Shown: piece by piece, positions 27,701-38,511 of the stretch
Layout: each line of letters begins with the position of its first letter
Numbering within the stretch: the first letter of the stretch is position 1
From: Neoconidiobolus thromboides FSU 785
Taxonomy: Eukaryota; Fungi; Entomophthoromycota
DNA: 64,000 nt
Direction: 5' to 3'
NCBI GenBank assembly: GCA_025603075.1
Contig: MU626311.1
Span: 52,840-116,839 of the forward strand
Notes under the pieces: model-generated
Seen by the model: the letters and a program-made list of their open reading frames with translations, nothing else
What the model was told of the DNA's origin: nothing
Databases searched by the model: none
Program-made: the position numbers and the translations under genes

Positions 27701-28846
27701 CAGTTCTTGAAGATTCATATTTGACTTCTGTGCATGTAATATAGCTCTTCATTTTACCAACAAATAATCTTTGAATAGCTCCCTCCGCTGCTGTTTTTTT
27801 CATCTTACCCTCAAGATTATCTTGTAAAACTCTATTAAATTCTTGTACATCATGCTGCATAAACGAGTCCATCGTATCCCATCCAAAAGACTTGGTAAGC
27901 TCATTAGTACCAACTGATATAGATGAATTTTGCAATTGATAAAACACTCTTTGAAGTGCCAAAGCCACACTGTTATTTGGGTCATCGTTTTCGGTTGGTA
28001 TTTTAAACACCGCTTTTCGAAAGTAGTTTGTAAAATAAAGAGACTGTAACAAAGAATTCATATAACAAGTAGCACCTTGATTCAATAACCCAACATATCC
28101 AGTAGCTTTCTTTGAATCGTAATTATTGTAGTTGCTCCAAAGATAACCTGTAGGATCCTTAACTACTCTCACGTAAAGCGCAATGACTAAACAATCGTTT
28201 TCCATAAGTGGTTTTGACTTTCCGTTCATCTTGGTATTTAAAGCTCTTTTATCAAATAACTTCCCATATCCCCAATCTGCTTCCTGCTTTGTAAAACGAT
28301 GATGAGCCTCATGTTTTGTATATACACTGTTGTCCTCTTTATTGGCTATAATTAATAAAAATTGGGCGCAAATAGACCATTGATCATCAGCGTCTTCCGG
28401 TGGTATTACTTCGGCAAATAAAGACATGGGTCCGATTCCTCCTTGATTACCATTAGGAAACAATAAGGCTCGCCTTTTGATGTTAGTTAATAAACCTTTT
28501 TATCAAATTAAATTTATTCAATACCATTTAAGCCCCCCACATTCTACCTCTGGTCCCCCTATTTTAGTTGGTAATGCTGAAAAGTTATCAATAGTCCAGA
28601 TCGTGTAGGCAGACTGAATCACATCATAACCTGACTGGGGTAGGTTTTTGTCAAAAAAATGCTCTAAATAAAGTTAATATTTTACATGGAACTAATTGGA
28701 ATTTAACTACCATCAAGCATAACTTGCTCTTGTTCCGGTTCAGGTATCAAAGAATTGAACTCTCTAGAGTTATCAGATATATCTGGTGAAGAGTCCTAAA
28801 AGTCTATTAATACTTATAGCTCAATATTCTTTTTAAATATTACCAT
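24758..28846 (-). CDS. UBP15: Ubiquitin-specific protease Ubp15/USP7 (MATH, UCH and UBL domains), many exons
   Basis: MATH domain (HRFTKQEADWGY); YDSKKATGYVGLLNQGATCYMNSLLQSLY, MQHDVQEFNRVL, LHGVLVHSGDLHGGHYFA, NAYMLVYVR; C-terminal LGLDHLDKS...EKAIKIFN. Confidence 0.97.
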
Positions 28847-29399
28847 TATTTATAACTATCTTTTTTAATTATCTAAAAAACTAAAGTTGGATTAAATAAG
28901 TTTTAGTACAAGTTTTGAACTGGTTGGTTATTAATAGCGTCATAAGCTGAAGTTAACTTTATCTCTATTGGTTAATTTAATTTTTTGTTCTAAGCTTTTC
29001 TTAGTTACAGTTTTATTTAATTTGGTATATTGACTGTACAGAAATATAAACTTTTATATGGCTATAACAAATTGTTATTTAACTATTATAGAAGTTAAAA
29101 AACAGCTTACAGCTTGTTTTGATATTTTAGTATAGCTTGTAAAACTAAAAAATAACTTTGTACTTTGTGTTATGTTCAGTTAAACTATTTTATTATTGAT
29201 TTTTATGATTAATTTTAAACTTAGATATAATTTGTAAAATTATATAACAAATCAATGATAAAAAACAATAATAGAAAAACAGAATGATAACAGAAATAGA
29301 ATGTAACCATAGTATTTTATTGCTCAACTAGTTTCAGTAATTTGATACTTATCCAATTTTTCTGGATCTTTTAAAATTTTCTGTATTCGATTTTTTAAT

Positions 29400-29501
29400 A
29401 TTAGGGTATGTTTTTTTTGATTTCATTACTTTTTCCATTTTTAAGGGCTATTTGGATAGAAAAATTGCTAGTAGAATTTAAATAAAAATACATTTACATT
29501 A
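29400..29501 (+). mobile_element. ~98-bp MITE copy, decayed (TSD ATTA/ATTA)
   Basis: atta|GGGTATGTTTTTTTTGATTTCATTACTTTTTCC...AAAAATACATTTAC|atta. Confidence 0.8.
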
Positions 29502-29665
29502 TTTTGATTTATTTGCTTGATAGTTTCAAAATTTTATATTAAAATCGCAAACTAATCTATGTTTTTGACTTAACTATTTTATAAATTCTAATAGTTTTTT
29601 TATTAAGCATAAAAATCATTACTAAAATAAATGTCTTTTAAAGAAACAGATTATCGGACAAATCA

Positions 29666-29736
29666 TGCGTAAACTGGGAATCGAACCCAGGCCACTTCTT
29701 TGGAAGAGAAGTATTCTACCTCTATACTATTTACGC
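29666..29736 (-). tRNA. tRNA-Gly (anticodon TCC)
   Basis: Minus strand: acceptor GCGTAAA/TTTACGC+A, D-arm GTAT...ATAC, anticodon arm CTTCT-CTTCCAA-AGAAG, T-arm CTGGG-TTCGATT-CCCAG. Confidence 0.95.
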
Positions 29737-29812
29737 CATCACGCATTATGTGTTTTTGTTAAACAATTTTATTGCAATAAAATTACAGGCTAGCAGCTAG
29801 CTACGTCAATGG

Positions 29813-29918
29813 ATATGAGGATGTATTTGTGTGTTTAAGAACTTTGCTAATAATTTTCTCACTCAAATAGCGCTTAAAAAATGGAAAAAATAATGAACCC
29901 AAAAAAACATTACTATAT
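29813..29918 (-). mobile_element. ~98-bp MITE copy (TSD ATAT/ATAT)
   Basis: Reverse-complement match to the consensus: atat|GAGGATGTATTTGTGTG...AAAAAAACATTACT|atat. Confidence 0.85.
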
Positions 29919-29982
29919 CTTACCAGAAATAATAGTAGCACTATATAAGATTTATAAGTAATCTTACCTTTTTTGTGACATA

Positions 29983-30350
29983 ATGGCAAAAGTAATCAAT
30001 TGCAACTATGAAGTCGATTTTTGCAAAATTTGGTCTACTTATCAAAAAAATTATTACTTATCAATCAAATAACATTCTCTACTATAACATTGGTCTTTAA
30101 TCTTTTGAGGAGCTATTTTGAGCTAATAACAAGTATCCAACCTTATATTATTCACAATTATGAAATAGAGATAATACTTTTATTTATAGAAGTAAAATCA
30201 AAGTTTTTTAGGCAAAAATAATCCTTTATTAGAAATTTTAGTAGATGAAATGATTGCAGTAGCTTATGGCCTATTTTTTCCATAGAGCAAAAAAGTCAGT
30301 TATTTTAAATTGTCCTATACATCTACAAAATCTAAAACCTCTAAGAAATT
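29983..30350 (+). pseudogene. Possible highly decayed Tc1-type transposase fragment
   Basis: Stop-riddled frames give SLIF*GAIL (cf. VMVWGxF/I) and, ~205 nt downstream after a frameshift, ILNCPIHLQNLKPLRN (cf. VLxWPSQSPDLNPIEN). The spacing fits Tc1. Confidence 0.35.
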
Positions 30351-30471
30351 AAAAAACGATTTTTATTTATACAATAATTGACATATGATAGCGTGGCTAA
30401 ATCATAGTAGATATTTCAAATATGTGCGAAAAAGTGGATAAGATAAAGACTATGAAAACATTTTAAATGAA

Positions 30472-33400
30472 TTAGGAAATTGAGTTTTTCCTTGAGATAG
30501 GGGAGGGGAAGGCATTAGTATCAAAGGGATTGAAGTAATTGGACCAATTAAACCAAGATTGAAAATTATTATTATTTGTGGTCGAATGCAATACCTTGCT
30601 GATATTAGATTGAAATAACTTGATCAAATTTTGAGATAATATGCTATTGTCAATAACTGCTATAGTGGGATTGATAACATCCTCAGCAATAGTACCATTT
30701 TCGTTAATAATATCCAACTTGACCTTAGGTTTTGGTAACTGATGACGTTGATTCGTTAAATTACACAACTTTTCTACAAAGGCGGTAATCTCTATTAATT
30801 GGTTCTCAAATTGATTGTTTGCATTGAGGATGTTAATATGCTTGTCTTTAATTTCGATTAACTTTAAAGATTCACAATTTTTTATGGCCAAATGAATGAA
30901 TTCTTTACTGATGGATTCCTTATAATGTAAATAATTGTTATGGATTCCGTTATAGATAACATGCTGTATCATAGTATAAAACTGATCATAACTCATGCTT
31001 TGATCCTGTTTCAAACTTGATAGGCCTGCTAATACGATCCAGAAAGTGTCGAGCTTAGAATGTAATAAGGTCAATAAGATATGGAAGTAATCCATGGTAT
31101 TTGGAGAGATGTTCATGATGATAAATTGATCCAATAATTGAATATAATTGCATTTGATGAATTTATTAAATAGCATTTCAATAGTGTATTGTTTTAAATA
31201 AATGATAATTTCAGGATATAAATTGAGGATTAATTTAATGATTTTGCTGAATTCTATTTCTACCTGTTGTTTGGTTATAAATCCTTGATATTCTGGCTGA
31301 CTTGAATATTTTTTGTGAGTGTAATAATAGCTCAATATAAAGATAGACTCAAATAAAAAGATGGGAATAATTGGCTTCGTTAATAAATTCAAGTACAATA
31401 TGGAATCAATGTCATCATTTAAATAAACCCGATTCACTTTGTAATTTAATAAGCCATCAACTTCCTCGTTATCTTCATTATCTTCCTCCCCTAACTTGAT
31501 TGTAAGGCGCTGCTCTCCAATTAAATTTAAAGCATAATTTAGCACAGCACTACTATCTTCATTCTCATTAAAATCCAAATTAAACCCCAAGTTGAATAGC
31601 TCTTTTTTAAATAAAATCAAATAATTCTGGATTTTATTTGAGGAAATTCCATCTTTGTTATTGCGATAACTTAATAACACTAATGATATTAAATTGATTG
31701 GTGATATCAATTGATTTTGACATTGCCAGGATTGGATCATATAACTAGAATGAGTCAAACTTAGGTCATTGTTATCCATCATTTTCAGTTGCTCTATTTT
31801 CATCTTTAGGTTGTTACGTTCTATGGGGTTCCCTATTGTTACCATAATCTTGCTATTCTTTTGATCCTTAAACAATTGAATTGAATTACTATTATTGTTT
31901 GTTTCCTTGTTACTTATATTACTATTCTTATCATTATTTCTGAATATAGCTTTGTTCTCATCATTAAGGTTATTATTATTAATATTATTGTATAGCTCAT
32001 TTATTAAATAATTATTATCATAATACATTTCATAATTGATAGAAATAGGGACTAACAAAATGTTTTGATTATTTAATTGTTCATTATTAATAATGTCATT
32101 AAACAAATCATCATATTGTTTCAAATCGACCATATCTTCTAATAACTTTGTATAGTCTTTAATTTGCTCGTTGCTACTATAAATTAAATCATTTAAAAAT
32201 AAGCAGATGGAATTGCTATTGTTCGTGCTATTATTATTATCATTTAATAATTTAACTAAATAAGTTTGTATTAATAATTGTACTAACTGCTCATCATTAT
32301 TGAATTGTTTGAATAATAACTTATTGTATATGATCCCCTGTTTGACTTTATAATATAATAGTTTATAACTCTGCTCAATACTTAAGATTGGCAATGGCAA
32401 ATTATAATAATAGCAGATATAAGTTAATAAATTAAAATCCAAAGAAGAAGTATGATTTGGGAGATAAATTACTTTGACTGAGTTTTGATTATTTTGATTG
32501 TTATATGAATAAATCATTTGCTTTAATTTCACTATATTATTCTTGTTGATAAGAATTGTTTGGTATTTCAAAAAGGAGGTTATATTATTAATTAATTTTT
32601 CTGGTTCAATACTATTTTCAATGACTAATAGCTCCTTTAAAATTCGATTTTGATATTTCTTACTATCCTCAGTATAATTTTGTTTCAAATAGTTCACTAC
32701 TGCTGAATCGTGGATCACTTTGCTCCTTAAGTTAACTAAACTGGATTTATCGTATAATGTTAAATTATTGTTATCAAAGATTAAATCTAAATCTTCCTTA
32801 TCATCGCTACTATTATTGTTGTTTAAATATTTGATATCTTCCCATCCCTCAATTAAGTAATCCTTCCTTAGCGTGGGATCTTCATTGAGTACAAAGTAAG
32901 ACATACCATAACAAAAATTCATAATATAATCTTTCCAATTCAAATTGATAATATCATCTGTTGAAATATCTCTGCTTAGAATACTATTTAATTGGTTTTT
33001 CTGATTCTTTTGTAGTTGTAATAAACTAAAATTTTGAAAGTACCAAGTATTGATCATAAAATGTTTAAAGCAATGATACAGGAAATCCAACTTTGGTTTT
33101 GCTTTCTTTAAATTCTCTGCTTTTTGTTTATCTTTGACCGTATTGATCATTGATAACGCCTTGAACTTGTAGTTTTGTTTTATTAGAAGCATCGCGTCAT
33201 GCTCCATATCATTTGAATATTTATGGAACGTTGGCGTAAATAAGCGCTTCTTTAGCGCCGGTAATTTGAGCCAAGAGTTGACCACATAGTTTCCGAAATC
33301 TAACCAAGTGATTGGATTGAGGCCTGATGATGAAGCATGATAAATTTTAGGGTAAACAACTTCCTCAGTGTCAATCTTTATCTTACTATCTAAATCCTTA

Positions 33401-34413
33401 ATCTGTCTTGTTTTATCTGCATAACTGATATTGAATTCAGTTCCTGGTTTACTATTGAACTCATAGCACGCTTTCAATACTATTTTTGCCAGGTAATCCA
33501 CTGGTACCAAATCTAATACCGAATCCCTTGGACCAGGGGTAGAGTCCAAGATTCCTAATCCGATATACATAGCTATAGCGTTGGCAGCTGCCACACCATC
33601 AACCCAGCCTGGAACGGGGTCATAAGCGGTGGAAGTGACTACTGTTGGTCTGACAATAGCTAAATTAAACGCTTTTCTACCATTAGCTATCTCTCTTTGC
33701 TTCATTTCTTCAGCCTTAATCAAGATCATATTCTCCGCCAATGATTTGGTAAATGTATAAGTATTTGGATAGCACGTTAAGATTTTGTCTGTGAATTGCT
33801 TGATCTGTTCCAAATCCATATTTTGTATCTGCTCGACGAGTTCTTTTACATCACCAAAGATCATAGGATAAATACGCTCATAAATTTCCTTCTCTTTACG
33901 ATTAGAATTGACATATGCTGTGGACACATGGACGAAGCCATCAAAGTTATGACATTGATCCGCTATTTCGACAAGCTGTAAGGTACCTAAAGTGTTTAGT
34001 TTTAATGAGCGATCCAAGCGCTCATTGAAGTCCACCGTGGCTGCGCAATGTATGATAATATTCAAATCATTTTTTAACATCTCTAGATCATTATCTTGAA
34101 TCCCCAAACCAGGCAAAGAAATATCACCTTGAATTGGTATAAGCTTTGGAAGGATTAAATGATAGAATTGTTTAATTGATAGATGGTCTTTTAATACATT
34201 AAATAATTTGTTGCTTAAGATCTCATCCACAATACGCTGCTTAATACTCTTGCCTTTTTTTTCTCGAATTAATAAGTAGACCTTTTCGATATGTACATAA
34301 TGGTCACGTAGTATCAATTCTAATATACACTTGCCTACAAACCCAGTACCGCCTGTTAGTAGTATGCTCTTGCCGTGTAAGAAGGAAGAGTCCAAAGGGA
34401 ATTTATTCACCAT
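30472..34413 (-). CDS. Fatty acyl-CoA reductase fused to a GPAT/DHAPAT-type acyltransferase-like domain (FARAT-like), intronless, 1313 aa
   Basis: N-half: TGGTGFVGK, IIHCAATVDFNE, HVSTAYVN, PNTYTFTKSLAE (Y219xxxK223), IVRP, PGWVD, DLVPVD, NWKDY. C-half: YLPNHTSSLDFNLLTYI (H654-X4-D), VPISINYE, KLDTFWIVL, ESISKEFIHLA. Confidence 0.9.
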   Translation of the reverse strand: MVNKFPLDSSFLHGKSILLTGGTGFVGKCILELILRDHYVHIEKVYLLIREKKGKSIKQRIVDEILSNKLFNVLKDHLSIKQFYHLILPKLIPIQGDISLPGLGIQDNDLEMLKNDLNIIIHCAATVDFNERLDRSLKLNTLGTLQLVEIADQCHNFDGFVHVSTAYVNSNRKEKEIYERIYPMIFGDVKELVEQIQNMDLEQIKQFTDKILTCYPNTYTFTKSLAENMILIKAEEMKQREIANGRKAFNLAIVRPTVVTSTAYDPVPGWVDGVAAANAIAMYIGLGILDSTPGPRDSVLDLVPVDYLAKIVLKACYEFNSKPGTEFNISYADKTRQIKDLDSKIKIDTEEVVYPKIYHASSSGLNPITWLDFGNYVVNSWLKLPALKKRLFTPTFHKYSNDMEHDAMLLIKQNYKFKALSMINTVKDKQKAENLKKAKPKLDFLYHCFKHFMINTWYFQNFSLLQLQKNQKNQLNSILSRDISTDDIINLNWKDYIMNFCYGMSYFVLNEDPTLRKDYLIEGWEDIKYLNNNNSSDDKEDLDLIFDNNNLTLYDKSSLVNLRSKVIHDSAVVNYLKQNYTEDSKKYQNRILKELLVIENSIEPEKLINNITSFLKYQTILINKNNIVKLKQMIYSYNNQNNQNSVKVIYLPNHTSSLDFNLLTYICYYYNLPLPILSIEQSYKLLYYKVKQGIIYNKLLFKQFNNDEQLVQLLIQTYLVKLLNDNNNSTNNSNSICLFLNDLIYSSNEQIKDYTKLLEDMVDLKQYDDLFNDIINNEQLNNQNILLVPISINYEMYYDNNYLINELYNNINNNNLNDENKAIFRNNDKNSNISNKETNNNSNSIQLFKDQKNSKIMVTIGNPIERNNLKMKIEQLKMMDNNDLSLTHSSYMIQSWQCQNQLISPINLISLVLLSYRNNKDGISSNKIQNYLILFKKELFNLGFNLDFNENEDSSAVLNYALNLIGEQRLTIKLGEEDNEDNEEVDGLLNYKVNRVYLNDDIDSILYLNLLTKPIIPIFLFESIFILSYYYTHKKYSSQPEYQGFITKQQVEIEFSKIIKLILNLYPEIIIYLKQYTIEMLFNKFIKCNYIQLLDQFIIMNISPNTMDYFHILLTLLHSKLDTFWIVLAGLSSLKQDQSMSYDQFYTMIQHVIYNGIHNNYLHYKESISKEFIHLAIKNCESLKLIEIKDKHINILNANNQFENQLIEITAFVEKLCNLTNQRHQLPKPKVKLDIINENGTIAEDVINPTIAVIDNSILSQNLIKLFQSNISKVLHSTTNNNNFQSWFNWSNYFNPFDTNAFPSPISRKNSIS

Positions 34414-35150
34414 ATTTTTGGTTAATTATAAGTTATGGCTAATAAATATTTCAAGTTATTTATAAAATAGAAAGAATTAAAGTTAAAAGTTTATCTTTTT
34501 GGCATCATTATATTATCTTTTACTGTTTTATTATTCTTAAACTTTAGCGGCTCTTAATCAATTTCTATTACAATTATTGTGATAAAAATTGTTGGTAATA
34601 TTTTAATTCTATTAATTTTAGTTTTACCCGCCAGAAATTCCCTCTCTTTTTAATTGATTTCACACCTCCCATTCTTTTATTTCCAAATACCAGTTTGCTT
34701 ATTAAATTATCCTAGAATATTAGCATTAGTTATTGTAAAGAGGGCCTTATGATTTTTAATTGTATGCTAATTGATGAAGATAAAAATAGATTAAACTGGA
34801 CTATTATTTTATAAAAGTAAAAATGCTCTTTAGGTAGTTATTAATTGTTTGAAAATTTTAATTAAGGAAATTTTACTATCGCTTTAATTTAATATTTCTT
34901 TTTAAGGATTTCTCTGCCTTCTTTTTTCTAAAAATTAATAGTTTAAAACCCAAGTCTTTTCAAGACTCAAAAAAAGCTAACTTTACTTATTGTTACTTGT
35001 TATTGTCTAAGCTTGAATATAATAATTTTTTACCTGGAACTAACATAAACTACAATTTCGTTTACATACTGCTTAATTCTATTTCATTAACTTTTTTGTT
35101 CCAATTACTATTTTAGTAGCCTTGAAATTTAATGTATATGGTTAAGTCTA

Positions 35151-35222
35151 AAATAAAAGTTGCTTATTGCATAAAAGTTTAAAATGATAAACATTTTTTT
35201 ATGTAAAAAGCAACTTTTATTT
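35151..35222. repeat. 26-bp inverted repeat (24/26 match, 20-nt loop)
   Basis: aaataaaagttgcttattgcataaaa (35151-35176) versus ttttatgtaaaaagcaacttttattt (35197-35222). Confidence 0.75.
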
Positions 35223-35717
35223 CGAACTTGGTTGTTGCAGCGTTTTTTCGACTTTTCCAATTTTAAGCTTAAAAATAGTTTAAGTTTGTCAACTAGACAA
35301 TTTTTCAAAAATAGAATTGCAAAAAGAAAAATAATTAAGTTTTTGAGACTGTAGATAAGTTCATAAAACTCATTTTATAAAATAATTGATAATAAATTTA
35401 TGTATTTTAACAATTAATAGTCTTTAAAATAACATTTGTATAATTTTTATAAGCATTATCCATAATACAGTAATTTCCAAACTTAATATAAATAGCCACT
35501 TAGTTTATTAAAATCATAACAATAAAAATTCATAAAGATAAAAGAGATAAAATAATATATTATAGAATTACTTCGTTCCGACTATAAATGAGTATTATAC
35601 ATTTTTTGCAGTTTTACTTAATCTATAGAATAATGTCTTCGATCAAATATCATAAATTTCTTGAAATGAATACAACATACTAATTTATAAATGTTTATAT
35701 AATAAATAACTTTCAGA

Positions 35718-35823
35718 ATATGGGGGTGTTTTTTTTGACTTCATTATTTTTTCCATTTTTAAGCGCTATTTGGGTGGAAAAATTGTTAGTAAAATTCTTA
35801 AACATAAAAATACATCCCCGTAT
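35718..35823 (+). mobile_element. ~98-bp MITE copy, close to consensus
   Basis: atat|GGGGGTGTTTTTTTTGACTTCATTATTTTTTCCATTTTTAAGCGCTATTTGGGTGGAAAAATTGTTAGTAAAATTCTTAAACATAAAAATACATCCCC|gtat. Confidence 0.92.
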
Positions 35824-36062
35824 GTTATATAAAGTTTCATAAAAGGTAGAATTCGTCACTTTTTCGAAAATTTTAAGCTTATTTACCAATAACCAGATAG
35901 CATCTTGAAAATTATTGGAAAACTAAAACTCAAACTTAAAATTCAAACTATAATTGGTCAAACTCCAAAAACTGTTTTCCCATAATGATCCAAAGTATAA
36001 AACATGCTTGTAAAAATAGTTAAAAATTTGTCAAATTATTTAGTCTATTTCATTATTTAACT

Positions 36063-37821
36063 ATGTCTTCTGTCACTGCTCAAACTGTCGCCACCAATCC
36101 TACCGCTAACAGTAAGTGCACTCTTTGCCATATTCAAAATTTATTTACAAATGAAATTAGCCCTCAAAAACCCATCAAGCACTATTAAAGAGATAGGTAA
36201 TCCTCATGCATTTGGTGATGTTACAGTTGATAATTCAAGTGTTACTACAGCAGAGCTCAATGACACAGGTTCTGAGTTAACAAAGGCTACTGAAATAAAT
36301 GGAGTTGTAGATCCAACCTTTGAATTCCTTAATCTGAAAGGACCAAAACCTGCTACTTTTGAAAAAGTAGCTTACTTTTTCATCAAAAGGTATTACTATA
36401 CCCTTTCTAAAGTTCCACATAAATCATATTTGTTCTATCATTCGAAAGCACTTTTGATCCACGGTGATGAAGCTCAGGATGTTCTTCCTGTTAAAGGTTT
36501 AAAGAATATTCATGAACATTTGATTAAATTAGATTTCAGCAAATGTAATATTGTGCTTACCAATGTTGACTGTACTCCTTCGGTTAATGGCTCTATATTT
36601 ATTGTGGTTATAGGCGAGGTTGCTTATTTTAGCGGGCTTCAAAAGAAGTTTATTCAATCCTTTTTATTAAAAGAAAAGTCCAATGGGTTTACCATAGTTA
36701 ATGACATTTTTAGATATATTGTTGATACTGCAGATGAATATCCATCAGGTGACTATGTAAAGTTAAAAGTTAAGGAGGATACAATCAAGTTAGATGTGGA
36801 ACCAACTGGATCTGTTCCAACATCTCCTACCTCTGAAAGCACTGTTTCTCCATCAGCTTCCGATGAAGCTCCGATCGCTGAAGATTTACCGCCAGTTGAA
36901 AACCTTCCACCATCAGTTGAAGAAATCTTGCCATCAGCTGAGGAAAAAAGCTCAGGGGCTCCAAAAACCGATGAAGTTACCCCTGAGACAACCCAATCTG
37001 GGAGCATCACTGACTTGACACTGGAGCCAACTACCACACTTACCAAAGCTGCAAAGAAGAAAAGAGCTAAAGCTCTTAAGAAAAAAGCTGTTGAAGCTGA
37101 GCAAGAAACCGGTGTAGCTGAAGTCGAAGTTAACACTAATAATAAAGCTGAGGTCGAGACTAAGATTGATGAAGTCAAGTCTGAGACCAATACCAAAGTT
37201 GAGGAAGTTAAGACTGAAGAGAAGCCTAAAACTAATGGCAACCCTGCTACGAACCCCTGTTTGCCTTCCACTCCAGCCCCAACTAAGATTCAAGAAAAAC
37301 CCAAAGCCTGGGCCAAGCTGCCACCAATTGAGTCTGCCCCTGTAGTATCTGCCACGACAAAACAGCCAATAAAACCAATTGCTCCAGCCGTTGAGAAGCC
37401 AATCGTTAGTACCCCAGTTGCTCATGATGAAAACAATGATATTTTTAAGTCGCATGTTTGTCTTCGATTTGTTAGAGAAAATACTCCAAAACCAGTTGTC
37501 ATTAAAGCACTCTCTAAGTTTGGTACTGTACAAAACGTTGAATTCAATCAAAGGATTACTTTTGCCGAGTTTACGACAGTTGAGTCAGCTTCTAAAGCTA
37601 TCACTGCTGGCCAAGTTGATATTAATGGTAATAGGGTACAAATTGAACAACGCCGTCATCGTCAAAATCACCATGGGTTTTATAACCGTAAAAATGGTAA
37701 TTACAACCGTTATAGTAAATATGGTAATAACACTTCACCTACTGGGTCTAACGAATCTGGAGATTGGTCTACTCCAAGGCCGGTTGGTAGATATTCTGGA
37801 AACAGAGGAGTAAATCATTAA
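36063..37821 (+). CDS. G3BP/Bre5/Nxt3-like protein (NTF2-like domain, low-complexity linker, RRM), 2 exons
   Basis: Intron 36112-36160 joins in frame. NTF2: FIKRYY..L...LFY...VDC..S..GSIFIVVIGE...KFIQSFLL...GFTIVNDIFRY. RRM: FGTVQNVE...TFAEFTT. Followed by an R/G/N-rich tail. Confidence 0.88.
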
Positions 37822-38406
37822 TTTGAGATAATATTAGATTCAATGTTTTAGTTCTTTTTAAATTAATAATGATGATTGCTGTCAAGATTGTATAGATGGT
37901 TTATTTTAACTTTTTGCCTTCTCCTTTGAGCTTTTCATCTAATACTCTTACGTCCCTACTACACTTTGTTTATGCTTTAAAAAATCCTCACTTATCCCTT
38001 TCAAAAATAAAAGTACATTTATATTTATTTTTATGTGTATGTGGACCAGTTTAAACTTAATAAATAAATAAAATTTCCTAAATTTCTTAAAATTTCAAAA
38101 TTAAGAAATACACTACTATCTAAATCTAATGTTTTATTTAGGTTTGATAAGATTTAACAAAGTTAAATTTTAACCCATATACCACTTTTAAAGATTAATA
38201 GCTATAAACTTTATATAATTATACAGTTTAATAGCTAGCTTAACTTAGTTTAAGATACATGTTTTAGTAAAATTGAAAAAAAGTTGTTAGTTTTTATAAT
38301 AAAACATTTTACACAGCACAAAAAAGCCATTGTATTTTTTATAAATTCTATTGTCTTTATAACACTATGTTAGTACTGGAAAAATAGTAACATTAATACC
38401 TATAGG

Positions 38407-38511
38407 ATATGGGGCTGTTTTTTGGCTTCATTATTTTTTCCATCTTTTAAGCGCTATTTGGGTGGAAAAATTGTTAGTAAAATTCTCAAATACAGAAATA
38501 CATCCCCATAT
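38407..38511 (+). mobile_element. ~98-bp MITE copy (TSD ATAT/ATAT)
   Basis: atat|GGGGCTGTTTTTTGGCTTCATT...AGAAATACATCCCC|atat. Confidence 0.92.

Noticed and set aside
29801-29989. 62-aa ORF, and the similar 62-aa ORF at 46498-46686, sharing SL(L/F)FP(S/F)FKxYLS
   Set aside because: The shared peptide is just a translation of the MITE sequence; these are not genes.
36753-37813. Long overlapping ORFs antisense or frameshifted to the G3BP-like gene (likewise within CALR, PLD, KEX2 and UBP15)
   Set aside because: Shadow ORFs caused by codon bias of the real genes; no independent motifs.
24758-37821. A deubiquitinase near a Bre5/G3BP-like gene as a possible functional cluster
   Set aside because: Bre5/G3BP partners Ubp3/USP10, not Ubp15/USP7, and the genes are ~7 kb apart with unrelated genes between them.
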